From: Laetmonice hystrix
Lineage: Eukaryota
Assembly (NCBI GenBank): GCA_965235115.1
Contig: OZ249439.1
Coordinates: 30,752,001 to 30,816,000, forward strand
Reading direction: 5' to 3'
Length of the DNA stretch: 64,000 nucleotides
The notes beneath the pieces are model-generated. The model had not been told where the DNA came from. It ran no database searches and saw nothing but the letters and a program-made list of their open reading frames with translations. Below, one piece after another: positions 37,601-50,718 of the stretch. Made by a program: the position numbers and the translations under genes. Numbering within the stretch: position 1 is the stretch's first letter; each line of letters starts with the position of its first letter.

Positions 37601-37802
37601 CTGTGGGTTTCAGGTGGATATTGCCAAGAATAACTCATCCTTGTGTGATGTGAAGCTGCCATTGTACTCCACTGAGCAGCATATCGGTGGTCAGTATAGG
37701 AAACCTCGACCAGGAGCGAATACAGACGTTTGCTCGCTTGGTGAACACATATAGCGGCAGTAACTTTCCGTATAAGGTGGATTGTCTCGGCTGTGTTGTC
37801 AA
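37601..37802 (-). other. Candidate upstream exon of the minus-strand gene (possible start ATG at 37662)
   Basis: Acceptor TTTCTCCCTACCAG|, donor CAG|GTAAGC. The frame that joins the 29522 exon is open throughout and contains ACAATGG. Confidence 0.4.
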
Positions 37803-39949
37803 CTGGTAGGGAGAAATTGTGCCGGTCGAGGAGAACGGGGTATTGTGATGGGGGGGGTAGCGGAGAGGGGGAGGGGTGTTACCCTGTGTAATGGCGTGAG
37901 ACGGACGACGGGGTAACAATCGGCAGTCAGGCGTACACAACGAAAATGTTCTCGCTATGTCCTACGTGTGCATTAAAGGGACAGGGGGGTCATCCGGGAA
38001 CGGTGGTGGGAAATTAGGAACAGGAAGAGATATGGCGCTATGATTTCATCATGTTCCTAACAGGTCCGACGGATAAATACCATATCGCGTCGGGAAACTA
38101 AAAAACACGTATAAGATGGGGGCTGGGGGGATGGCCACGCTTCTCCTTGAAGTAGGGGGCAGTTGTGCCCCCACAGGGGGGCTGAGCCCCACTTCGCTCG
38201 GCATTGTGAGGGTGAGGCAGGGCAGAAGCAGCACCTTACACCCGGGGTAAGGGCCCCCGCAAATAGCCTTTCATGGTCCACAAGCCGCGTGCCATTGTTA
38301 CCCATCACCGCCCCCCTTCCCCAATCCCAGCGGCAATGTCACCGCCTTCCCCCAGCTCAGCGTCGGCCTGGTCAGGACTGTCCTATACTCACCCTATACC
38401 ACAGACACATGGCACACTTAGTGGTGGGTGGGTACCTGTCTGAAACCGGCCATCTCCACCCGGACTCCGGAACTTGTAAAGCGTGGATTTCTTAATGGTG
38501 TTCTTAACAACACTTAAGGTCCTAACTGTCCCTGTCCCCATTTGTGCCGAATTCACCGGGAAGGCTGCACGTAACGTACACACGGACAGTGGAAAACATT
38601 GCACACCTTGGAGAGGAGACCGGATGCATGCCTTCAAGCATGTCAGTGACACAGAAACAACTACAGTGGCATAGCTGTCATGATAATGTGCTACAAAACA
38701 ACTTCCAGAGCCTTTTTTTATCCTCTGCTTGGCAGTTCCCCAACTCGGAACCTCATTCATACAAAGTCTAGTCAAAGAGAGTCGCAGCAGAATTTCGTTT
38801 CGGTCAATTCTCACAATATCATATTGAATTTCATTTTATCCATACTCCATCTCTCTACGTATAACCCCTATGGTGTTGCGAAGCATAGCGCATATCTTAC
38901 GCCATTTTGAATTCTTTATACCCAATAGAGAGAGTCTTTTGTGGCTCAAGATGAATTTCAGGTGATTATGACACAGAAGTTTCACACAAGTAGATAGGTA
39001 TGACTAGATAGCTCAGTGAACCCTTCAGTTTGTGGCTGGGGTAAAAGATTCCCAGTCAGACTGAGTTCACAAGGTACAGGTCTCGATCCACCCCTTTACT
39101 AATCACCTCATAGTCTCCTTTAAGTATTAACAACACATTAGCGGCGTCTCTAAGACGTAGGTGTAGAACCGGCGGGTAAGCTCATTCAGCCGCGGGTGGT
39201 AGTGGTGGGGGATTCAATACATTCTCCCCCTCTTTACGGACAACCATTAATATTAGCCGCTGGTGGCCGACTCGGCAAAGAAACGCTAAGCTGCTTCCAG
39301 GATCCCTTCCCTATCATTTTCTACGTCTAACTAGTCCCAAACCCAGAGCCGAACTCCAGGTTTTTTCTCCACCGAACATCAAATGAACACCCAATAATAA
39401 AGGCTGTAGAAAGGCATTGTGTTCTTTACAATACCTGAAATGGATTCGCTCCTGGTGTCAATAATCTAGAGGCGTCGGGTAAAAAGACGTTTTTTTCATT
39501 GGAGTAACAAAGCCACATTTATAAAGTTTATTGAATCAACACCGGTGACTTTACTTTGTGATTCCATCCAATTCCGGCCCTCACAGCGCTGGGAGGGTGC
39601 AGTGGCTGCCTTTATGTCCTGATTACACGTTTCGTTTATACTCAGGGGAGTTGGGAGACGAAACATAATCCCAGAGGTCGATCATTTAGGGTTTGAAATG
39701 AGATCTTCCCAATGGGCTCACCTGATGATATCCTCTCATATTGGATGAACAGGTAACCGAGTCGGGTCGAACACCTGAGTGCAATAAAGACATTGCCAAC
39801 AATGCTAGGTGAAAAAGGTCAAATGAATCGCAAAAGGTAAAGAAATAAGCCAAAAGTTCAACGCTATATGGGTCATTGAAACCATCAATGGTCCTTGCGA
39901 ACTTTTACAACCTTTTGGAGTTCTCAAAACTGCTGAAGCCATTTCAGCA

Positions 39950-40240
39950 CTGATGTTAGTCTAGACATTACGGTGTACTCTAAGGTATTTCTCAAATCTG
40001 TTTAAAACATGCTAGATTGTGTTACATTACCTTTGGTTCAGGGCCCCTGGGGAAATTCTCGTGAAGTTGCTAACTATGCACCTTCATAATTAGCCACCAC
40101 CTGTGGTCTCTGTGGCCAGATATTACAATAATCGGCCTTGCGTGATTGATGACATTTTGTATCATTTCAATCCTTGTGCGAGTTCAGTTAGTCAATGCCC
40201 TTGGGTCCCAACAATCAGGGACTCAAGTAAACAGAAAAAT
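39950..40240 (-). mobile_element. Decayed CR1/L2-like LINE 3' relic
   Basis: CWDP (WDP at 40210-40202)...RIEMIQN (40171-40154)...HARPII...LACFKQI, cf. VWDP...IEMIQRRAARFI...LxMFYKI. Confidence 0.55.
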
Positions 40241-42339
40241 CAAACAGGGGACCATCGCTAATTATGCTTATTGGTATTCTCTAATTTATTGTCAGTATTG
40301 CTAGATGTGAAGATGTAAAGCTTTTGGCCCGAGAAGCGCTCAGCATCAAGAAGTCAGTTAACACCTACTTAAACTCTTTACTTTAGAAGGTAACAGCAAT
40401 TTGTTATTTACGACCGCCCCTAGGCAAGATATATGTGCACATGTACATGAATATTCTCCTTGAAGAGAATCTGAGACGGTTGAGGAGAAAAACTCGGTGA
40501 CCTATTTGTGAGTTTTCAATAGCCAAACCACTCAAAGTCATTTCGGAAGAGTTCAAGGTGGCCATTTACAAAAGTGAAATATCACATTCCAGTTATGACA
40601 AATGTTTCCTGATGGGTATCCAATTTGTCTTTCGTTCGTTCAGGGGGTCTTATTCAAGTGGTGTGGAGGATTGGACCAACATTGTGAAATGTAAGGTACA
40701 AATCTATTGTAGCACCGCAAAAAATGAGGACAAAATTAAAAATTATCAGGACTTGTGCCAGTAGTACATTTCATACAACATGGTACCTGCTGTGCTCCCT
40801 TGAAGCCTGTTTCTATACATAATAATTAGAAGTGAAACATCTTTCACTTGTGGCTCTCTGGACTTGAAAAGGTCAAAAAAGAAAAGAAACAAAAAAATCT
40901 GAAATTTGTGAAATGCTATTTTTTGGGGTAATGCAATGTACATTGTCAGTTGATCTGTGAGGACGTCTATCCTGGCAGACATCTATACGACATTCACGTG
41001 TATTAATTACCGAGTGCCAGTTGAAGGATAGGAAACACGATACGTCTATTGAGAACACCTCTCCGTACCGGCCATAGCGACTCTCATATTTCAGCGCTCG
41101 GTCGGCGTCGCTCATTTATCTCTCACACTCACAATGATATAAAGCCATTCACATAGCGCCGCTATTGTCGACAGTCTGACGACCCACGTGGCTACAGGGC
41201 AATTAGCGCCAGAAAGGTAAAATTTCAGGCGACGTTAACTTGCGCGGATCTGGAGTATTGCCTGGGCGGTTTCCAATGGGTGAGGGAGTGTGAGGTGGTG
41301 GGTGGGTGGGAGTCAGGGAACGTGGGTATAGGACAAAGTACGTGTGGTTTGTGGTCAGGATGGGGCTGTGAACACCTTGGCAACCCCGAGTATGATTGGC
41401 AGGGGACTAGGAATCCTGACACAACTTGTGGGGCAGTTCTAACTGCCAATTGTCTGATAAAGATAGGCGATTGCATTATCAAGGCATTTTTTTTTATTGG
41501 TGAATTGCAATTTCTGAATTTTTTATAAACTGGATTTTTTATGTCTTCTCAAATGCACAGATAATGTTTAAGCTCCTGATGTATCTTCGTATTTTTAAGT
41601 CGCAGATATTCCCGTCAAAATGCACCTCCACACCGACGTATGCAGGAATTTTATAATTGATTTCCAGGAGATTAAAGGCTCGTCAGCCTATGAAACAGAG
41701 GATGCGACCTGAATCGGATCACAATTTGCATAGGTCTTAGACCGTCATTAGCGGACAAAACCCAAATTAGTTTCTGCGTACGACTGTAGTCGGTCAGCTA
41801 CACGGGGTGAGCAAACAACAGGGGATGCGGAGGGTGGTCATCACAGTAACGTCCAAGGCCGCGGGTTCTGACATTAGCACAGTCATGACCAAACATGTCT
41901 TTGTTACCTACGGACACCTCTCATTGATGTCTCCCGGTGCTGATTGCTGACACCCGCATGGCACACCTGAAGCAGGTGTCATAAAACCTGCATCAAATTC
42001 GAACAGCGCGCTTCTATTAATACAGAATTTTTAGAGGGCGTAATAAAATTAGTTCCGGGGGATTGGACATGGCCCGCGCCTATGTGTTGTATTGTGTAGA
42101 GCCGCACACATCGCACTATGGGGATAATGCAGGTACACAAGGAAGCTGTTAGGTGTATCGTAGAAATGGAACCATGAATTGGTAGAAGAGACTTTAATTC
42201 AATAAATAACACCGTGTTTGAACCTAGGTTTTATGCTTATTGTGGTTTAATCAAAGTCTTTGCTTCAAATTGGAAATCAATTGCTGAAGTTTACAGGTAT
42301 AATATAAAGACCCTTGCAGAGTAAGGGCCTCAAAGGTCT

Positions 42340-43800
42340 AACATACCCTCGCTTCTTAATTTACAAAGGTTTAGGATATGTTCGGATTTTATAAGTAGCT
42401 AGAATAAGAACCCAAGGTACAGCCACAGTTAGGCCAATCTTTGTGAGGGTAGAATCTGTGAGCTATCAGCCCTTGGGCAGTTTGTATTAGAGCTCTAACA
42501 ATATAACAGGGCTAACCTCTTGATGGGCTTGTATGTTTTTGCTAGAGCTTACCAAAAGACTCTCTCCTGCTTAACGTGTCCCTAAGATATTAAAGTGATG
42601 CCGTAAGATCTGTAACCATTGGCGACCTACCCGCCATTCTGCGTCGTACACTTACATTCAGAAACTCGCTTTCCGGAGTTATCCTTTAAGAACACTCTGA
42701 ATGACGGAGCAGGGGTTATGTTACCACCAGTGGCACCAAGCACCCTGAAGCAGAGCTTAGTCTGAAAGGAACACCTCACGTCTATCCCAGCCAAAAGATT
42801 GCCCGCTGTCGACGGAAGAACCCTTCATTGAGGGCATAAGCTTATAATTACTGACTCGGAGCATCGTGAAAGAGGTTAGGACAGCTTCACGGCATACTTC
42901 TATGACCCATCCAAATATGAGCTAATAGGCAGAAACAAAAGGCAAAAGTCTTGATCTGTCAGAAACCTTCAAACTGTCTGGTCGGCCCGTTCTGCGGTTA
43001 GTGCAGACAACCTTCAATTTGTCACTTAAGTTTACAAACCCTCTCCTTTTAAAAGGACATAGGTTGGAGTGGATCAGTTATCTGATCCATTAAGGTCGAC
43101 ACTCCTAGCTCTTACAGTTTGTATGCCATGTAAACAGACGGTCTGTTTGTTCGTAGACATGAGTAGGGCGGAATGAAGCGATAATCGTCCTCATCTCAAG
43201 TCGGTAACTGTCTACTTGTATGACATACCCGTCTGAGAGTCCGTCAGGGAACCTAAAACCCATATAAAACTATACTTGCTGAGAGTTGCAGCCACTGGTA
43301 TGTGAGGACCTAGTTAGGTCACTCCGAGGTGGTCTGTGTTCTTTGGGTGCTCGCCTATAGATTTAGGAAGTGTCAAAGAAAGGTCAGGTTTTGAGATCTT
43401 AACCACGTCTGATCTGGATTCATCCCATGTTGCGATCCTTTGATACATCTCTTGATGGTCTTCTACCCTTGACAGATATCGGAGGGTGATATAATGTTAC
43501 CATTCACTGATACTTGGCAGGTATTGCGGTCGGATCTTCTGATATCGAAAAGTGAGGTTATTAACTTGGCAAGTGTCGAATGGATGTTTATGACTCGTGA
43601 CATTGATAGGAATTAGGATTGCCTGTGATGGCTGTGGTGTCTTGAAGATTGTGTGGCAGCCAAAAGGCCAAACTTAATACATATCCATGGCGTGGGAATT
43701 TATCAGCAAGTTATGATTTGGAACAACATGTACATCAGGATAGAGACCCGCTGCTGTGTATAGATGATGCAGGGACTGCTTGCACACACTCCTGACTTCA
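42340..43800 (-). mobile_element. Near full-length but decayed CR1/L2-like RT domain relic
   Basis: Ordered motifs: VCKQSLHHLYTAAGLYPDVHVVPNHNLL (cf. KLLxxLxxxKAxGPDxIPxxLL), HTIFKT, AILIPI, IRPQYLPSI, HYI...VEDH, SDVVKISK, WVLGSLTD, LFHDA, SFQTKLC, SYGITLIS, EARVC; several stops. Confidence 0.65.
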
Positions 43801-46662
43801 TACGAAGGGCCACTTTGCCGCATAGCATGGTGTTAGGAGAAAACATAATGTTGGTAAAGTTCGAACTTACTTTGTGTTTGCTGGTCGGGAGGATGTGTGT
43901 AGTTCTGCCGTAGCAGCCATGCTCAGGTTGAGAATATCCAAAGTGATGAGTTTCCACAAGCCTTGAGTGTTGTTACTTTAGTCAGTTTGTATACTCCTAA
44001 CACGGGAGTTCCATCTCATGTCACTCACTACTACTGTACTATCCACCTCGTACGCCGAGTATATATAACTATGGCAACCTGTCCACGCTGACCTCCCCCC
44101 ACCACCCCCACCAAACCAACCAATCGGAGCACGGTTAGGGACACCCGCCCTCGGCAGAGCACGCCTCGGTTCGGCTCGACCCTAGAGTCCGTGCTCACTG
44201 AGCCATGATGTGGTCATTCATGCGGGACCGCGTCAATGTTCTACCTCTCTCTCTTCATCACCCGCTCTGAGAAACGTCTTTTTTTCTGTAATCATTTACA
44301 AAGACATCAGTTGAGACATCTGTAGTTGATTGTGGGAGTACTGAAGTAGTAGAAATGTGGAGATAATGAGAGTGAGCCATGTTCAGGGTTGATATGATTG
44401 ATGAGATGTGAAGATTGCATGTGGTGTAGAGAACCGAGTCCGACATACGCGCGCTCCCGTACACAACACTGACCGCCGCACGCTCCATACAGGCCCCTCC
44501 TTCCCTTCCCCCAGTGTATGAGTGACGTCCCTTCACCAAACCCTCACCGTCCTCCGGGGGTCTTTGTGGTGATTGGCAGCTGCACATGCCCCCTAGCAGT
44601 GGTGGAGAAACATTTTATTTGACCACTCAACATACATGAGATTTATGGTTTTCACCCCGTGACTCCGTCCCTGAACCTATTGAAGGACTTCTTCCCATTC
44701 TACTTTTTATGGTCACCAGTACAAAAAAAAGGCTTGGAACAATTTTCCAGTCAAGCTGTTTTTCTGTATAAAAGACATGTTTTGACCTCATAACGCCCCA
44801 TCATTTTGTACGATAGGAAAATAATTCCAGCAAGAATGCAAACATTTTCTAACCCCCCCCCCCGTGACTCGTTCAGTTGTTAAATGATTTTATTTAATTA
44901 CACATAGTGTATTTATAAACAGTGTAGATTTTTATGGTTACATACAATTTGACCGATATCTGTTCCATGTTAGTAGGTACAAACCGGTGTCCCCATTTTG
45001 TTAGAAGTCTATGTTTTGTAACATCAAAGGAAAGCGTGCTTCATCAGCGTGTGTGTGCAGCGTTTGTCACCTGTGTTTTCACCTGTGTGGCTGCAGACCC
45101 CACCTGCCCAGACAATTAACCCCATAACCCCTCATCCCATTGTCTTCATCTCAACTATCCTACTGACGGCTGCCAAACAACCAAAGTCTCTCTGCCTCAG
45201 AACATGTTTCCTCCTCACTCAACGTTAACTCGCCCTCACCGCGGATTAACAGACTCTGAAAGGGTAGAGGCGGTGGATTAGTTTTTTTTTACTCTAATCC
45301 TTCCAGAAGAGCGGTCAGTAATCTCCTAACCTTAGAAGGTCACACGCTGACCGTTGGTCAGTTTGTGAGTGGACAGAGAGTGTGTGACAGACAGCCTGAT
45401 TTGCCATTGTTTCGCAGCCTCCTCCCACTAGCATGATTGGCGCAGTGGTTTCAAATCAAAACGTTACATGTGAATGGTGGGGACTTTCTGTGTGCCTTCT
45501 GTTACTTCCGCACGGTGACTGAGACAGCATGATATCATGGAACGCTGCACGTGGCGGGGAGTAGAAACAAACGGCCCCTGACTGAGACAGGGTGTGAAGG
45601 AGACATGAGTATGATAGAAGTTAACGGTATTTGGGTTATTACAATAGGGGCAGACTGTGCTGTCTGTCTGGATGCAATACCAACATTTGGACGGATTTAC
45701 TGGCATAGTGATTCCATTCTGAACTCATGAGGACGATTGAGTAACGCAAGGTTCAATAGCGGTATACTTAGTGCCTATACAGATGATAAAGGTGTGAATT
45801 ACACATTTTGGTCATGAATGTTTAGTGTGTCTTCTTTCTGCAGCGGAGCATACAAAGTTCCTGGCTATTCAGTCGGTACAGATTTGACATACTATAAGCG
45901 CTAGTTGTATTCAAATGAAATTTGCTTGTCGTCAAGAGTTGCTATAAAATGACTGGGATGTCAAACGGTTTGGAACCTATATGTATTAGTTGATGAATGT
46001 TGACGCAGTGTCCATTACATGTAATTGAAATTCTATATCTGACAGTAGTGGTGTTGGTCTTGTCATTAAAAGTGATGACCAGCTCGAGAACTGACCATCT
46101 CTATGACGGCCACCTGTCAGGTTGGGCTCTCATCATGGCTCGGACCCGTCCAACCCGCTGTCAGTCTCTGCCGCCGGCCATGGCCACACGGGGGCGCTGT
46201 CCATCTCTCTATCCGCTCACTGATGAGGGCGTTCTCTCAACGACCAAATGAGAACTACAGATAGCAAGTTTCTCTTGTTGGTCCATCGTAGTTCTGAAAG
46301 TCCCACTGATATATACTGACTCCAGGGTAAAAGAAATATTGATAAGATTTAATTATACGTCTCCGTAGTCGTGCATTTTCACTGAACATGTATCACAAAG
46401 GCCGATTTCTTGCAGTAAAGACCCAAACCACTACAACGCAACTGTCGCCTAGCTTTCCAAAACAAATCGCTCTGAACCCAGAAAGGGCCAGCCATGTGAA
46501 TGCCAACATAGTTTCGAATGGCAAATTCAACATAATTTTAGCAACATAAATATTCAAAACCGTATTCGTCATTTAACTATACAGACCTCAACAAAAGCGA
46601 TGATGTCTGCTGATTGTTGACAATACCGTTAGTGTGAGATATGACGGCTGATAGTGGGCCCA

Positions 46663-46710
46663 CAGAGTGGGGTGTCCCATGTTACCCAGAGTGGGGTGCC
46701 CCATGTTACC
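46663..46710. repeat. Tandem duplication, 24-bp unit x2
   Basis: CAGAGTGGGGTG(T/C)CCCATGTTACC twice. Confidence 0.92.
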
Positions 46711-46962
46711 CGATGGTATTAACATGAAGCGCCCCTATACTCAGACTCAAATCTAACATCCCTTGTCAGTCCAAAAACCCGACATGTATATTACATTAAT
46801 ATGATTGAGTAAGATTATTTGTCCTGAACCTGAGGTAAGTCAGTTGGCAGTGAGTGTGAACAATACCACTGGTCAGAGTCAGTCACCTATGTGTTTACAG
46901 AGGTTTATGGATTATAACGGATACCTGCGAACACCTGGTGACTAGACCAGCAGGGAGGGATG

Positions 46963-47059
46963 GAGGGTTGACAGGGCTCGTGTTTGGGGTGTGACTGTCA
47001 CCAGAGAGAGTAGGGATAGAGGGTTGGCGGGGCTCGTGTTGGGGGGTGTGACCGTCACC
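46963..47059. repeat. Direct repeat, 56-bp period x2
   Basis: GAGGGTTG..GGGCTCGTGTT.GGGGTGTGAC.GTCACC at 46963 and 47019. Confidence 0.88.
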
Positions 47060-48460
47060 GAGGTGCAAACATCAGATAGCTACGGTACCTCCACCTAACC
47101 CAGCTGATGAAGAAGGCCGGCTGGGATGAGGAGGCAGGTGGTGAAGGATGGAGTAATGAGGGAGAGATATATCCATGACCGTACACCAGTCACACTTGGC
47201 CGGTTTATGACTGTCACCGTGACTGCTTCCCCTGTCTCCATGACAATGGTCCTAACGACACACCAACAAGAGCTGAAATTTAAATTACCATATGTTCCTG
47301 TCACACAAAGACAACCTCCAGGTAAATCAATACTTTTATTTGCTTTATCTGACTTTCCACATCTCATGTATAGCTTGGCTCGCTCCTTTTTTTCTCGCTT
47401 CCGGGTAATGTGGTGACAAGAGAATGAGGCAGTGACGTATTGGTTGACAGTAGGCGCAGGGAAAGAGACAAAACTAAAGCCAGGTGGTGGAAAGTGAAAT
47501 TGACACCTACTTGACAATGTAACTTCTAGCACATTGTTTTGGGTCAAAACCAATATGTCATATTTCACGTCATATTCATCATGTCATGCGATAAGTGCCT
47601 CTGACATGCGTCGGAAAATTGACTTCGAAAGTTTTCGTCTTGTAACAACATTAAATTTACATTTATGGGGGCTTGACGTATTTCTAGGAACTAGCAGAAC
47701 TCTGATATAACAACGAGTATATTCTATACTTCGGTGGATATAATGACATTAGACTTACGACGCCAGCGTTTTACGTCGCGTCTGTAGAATTCAAAGTTGT
47801 AAAACGTTTCAGAGAAAACTTCCCGCACTGAAGCACACAACAGATGGTCATGCCAGTTGCAAGCATCTTGAAATACTCCTTGTCTTCCCCCAGTTTTACA
47901 TAACCTCCTAATGAGCATATTTTTCCTGGGAGACTGAACAAGGATCAAACATGATTCGGCATCGTTTTCCTCATTACGAGATTGATTCGACCATGCAGTG
48001 AGGTGTTGTTATATAACAATGTCTGGTATTTCCAGAAGTGGCCACTAACTGCCCCATCTTCACCCACTGGAAACTTACAGGTTTGAGGTTAGAGCATCAT
48101 CAAAGGCTTACCGTCGGCTCGGCTAACAATCTCAGTCGGCTGAATTGAACCATACACACAGAGATGCAAATCAGACAGATATTGCACAATCCTGATATCA
48201 GGGGCAATTTGTCGGGCTTTTGTCGGGAAGAGTGTGGGATATTTTTGATATGGGTCTTCTTCTTGGGGGAGAAGATTCGACAGGCTGGCCATATGGTTAA
48301 TAGGAGGGTTGAGCGACAAAACACCTGCCATTAGACTTGCTAACTGTTACAGGCCTCAGTCGTCATATTGCACAATCCCCTTAGTGCAGGGATTGGTGCT
48401 AGTCACCCGTGATGATGTGATAATCATGTCCTTTTTTTGATATGTCTGTATATCTTACAG

Positions 48461-48573
48461 GTGTAGTGGACCTTCAGCAGGGGGCGGGACGGAAACGCTG
48501 GACAGAAGGTGGGGGACGTACGCGTCACGTCATGACGTAGTGACGTGGCAAGGCGAATCTGGCGTTAAATCAG
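48461..48573 (+). ncRNA. Candidate plus-strand exon (probably non-coding)
   Basis: Acceptor TTTTTTGATATGTCTGTATATCTTACAG| and donor CAG|GTACGT; splice-signal evidence only. Confidence 0.25.
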
Positions 48574-49788
48574 GTACGTAGGTACGGGGGAAGGTCTGCA
48601 TAAACCTATACGCTAAACTCAGTGATCCACCAGAATAAACTAGTTTTGATTTTCCTGCGATTATAGGAGAGAACTATAAATGTACCATGTTTTTTTCTAA
48701 TATGCCCGCATTAAGTCTTAAAGGGAGCGCTAGCCTGTGGTTGACATGGATTTAAAACGCATACTATGCAATGTTACTTTTAACGTAATATATCAAGTTT
48801 AGGCCTATAGTACCTTGGCCATTTTATGATTATGTTACTGTTGATCGGAAATATGGTATCGAATATTTCCTTCAAGATGTCCTGGTAGAAGAAACGGTTA
48901 GCAGATGGGTTGTCTTGAATCTTGTAGAAATCAACTGTAACAATAATACAAATCTAAAGAGCCTCAGACGTTTTAATGAGGCGTTGGTTAGAATATAGTC
49001 CAATCTACCGTCTGGTTAATTAATATGTCTGAAGGAGCCAGGTTGGCCCGCTGAGCTTCAATCAGGCATGTCAATCTGGGCCCCACCCTCCCAGTTATAT
49101 TGGGACCTCCAAACCGTCTCAGCCATCTGTGAGGCTAGAAACGGTGACGATTGCCACAGATCTACGTAGTTTTATTTTGAACATATCTCAGTGGGTACCG
49201 ATATCTTGATATGATAAAATTATTACAAAAGGTCCAAAGATATCCGTACCTAATAAAATGTATTCGAATCGTCCTTTCAATGCGTGTGGCTGAAAGAGCT
49301 CTGTGAAGTACATTTTCCAGCACTTTGTAATTAAAAACCTAGGGCCGACCTGACTATTCTGCTCCTCGCGATGATGTGTTGATTAGATTATTGAGAGCCT
49401 TGTTCGAGGTGGGACCTTGAAGTTGTAACGAGGCTAATTTCAACGTGAGCATGTGGTCAGTCGGGCGGCCGTGGCCAGTGGTCAGTGGACGGTTGGGCGG
49501 ACCCCCTGCTGGTGGCACACCTGAGTTACCTGAGGCAGACGTGACGTAAGCGACACCTGTTGTCACGTGCCGACAATCTCGGATATAGGCGAACCTAGCT
49601 CAAACACAAATCAAACCACATATGCTTCACCGACTTGCTGTTAGGTTAAGATTGAATTTCTTTGATATCGGAAACTTTATGCTTGAAGTATAATCTAGTA
49701 TAGAGCGTAAGAGAAGCGCTTATATGTATCTTGTCTGTTAAATGATTATTTTTCGGAGGGGGGTCTGTAAAGATATTGTAAGTGTACC

Positions 49789-49970
49789 CCAGGCCCCAGT
49801 TTTTAGTTTGCAAACCGAGTCTTAAGATTCAAATAGTTAAGGCCGAACTCTTGTTTCAGAGCTTCTGATTGGTCCTTCAAATGAAGTCAACCAATGAGAG
49901 CCCATAAAACAAGTCAGTCTTAAAATTCCAGTCTTAAGATTGGTAAAATGAACTAAAAACCGGGCCCTGG
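49789..49970. mobile_element. ~180-bp MITE (PIF/Harbinger-like TIR)
   Basis: CCAGGCCCCAGTTTTTAGTT ... AACTAAAAACCGGGCCCTGG, 20-bp TIR with 2 mismatches; internal AGTCTTAA repeats. Confidence 0.7.
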
Positions 49971-50709
49971 AGCTGTATGTCGTTAATGGTACTGTCGCAT
50001 ACTGTGCGGAACTCTGTGTTAGAGCTTCTCAGCAGAAACCATACCGATAATCGATTAGAATAACTGACGATAAAGTTTGAGCCTTCAGGATGCCAATGCC
50101 AAGTGTGTGTCGGGGAAGAAACCGTACACGACCATGGGTAACTACCTATCTTTATGTGATGTCATAGTCCTCTAGCTTCCCTTAGAACCATACTGGTCAG
50201 AGTTTGCCCCAGGCTTCGGGTGGTATATTGTCATTTGATGTCGTCGTTAGTGATGCGCTAATAGTTCTTTGAGGTATAATTATATAAGTCTACTGTGTAG
50301 CGTTGCACTTCTAGAGGAGAACTTATCGTTTGTAGGCTTAATATGTGTCAATATGTTTGTGGCAATATAATTCCCGTACCCACAAACTCGAGTAAGCAAT
50401 TCGAACTTACCTCAAGTTCTTTTAATTCGACGTCCTATAATGTACGACGGTTAGTTGACTCAGGTACGAGCAATCTAGTTTTGATTTCACACGAGTAGGG
50501 GAGTTTGAGCCTACTGTGTGAAATCCTTTACTACTCCAGCCGGGTCTCTCATTTACCGATAGAACCAGTTGGGAGGCGCACCCTTGCCCAGAAAGAACGG
50601 TTTGTCGTCTTTGCATGTTTGTGTTGCGGTTAAGCTGAATGATGAGCGATTGTTTAAAGGGAGAACGAAGCCCGGCTATGTTGACGGTGGTTGAATAGCG
50701 TTCCTGTAG

Positions 50710-50718
50710 TATATAAAG
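50710..50718 (+). promoter_or_regulatory. Candidate TATA box
   Basis: TATATAAAG followed by a CA-rich, CpG-containing stretch that looks like a 5' leader. Confidence 0.4.

Noticed and set aside
39009-39089. tRNA or tRNA-derived SINE head (TAGCTCAGTG ... GGTCTCGATCC)
   Set aside because: A and B boxes are degenerate and too far apart, with no cloverleaf
40305-40375. Plus-strand Penelope GIY-YIG tail (DVKLLAREALSIKK)
   Set aside because: Too short, and it abuts a better-supported minus-strand LINE relic
40873-41115. ORF MSDADRALKYESRYGRYGE as a coding exon
   Set aside because: No convincing splice donor or homology
46211-46285. Hammerhead-like CTGATGA with a stem II hairpin on the plus strand
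   Set aside because: GAAA lacks its G, position 17 would be G, and stem I does not pair
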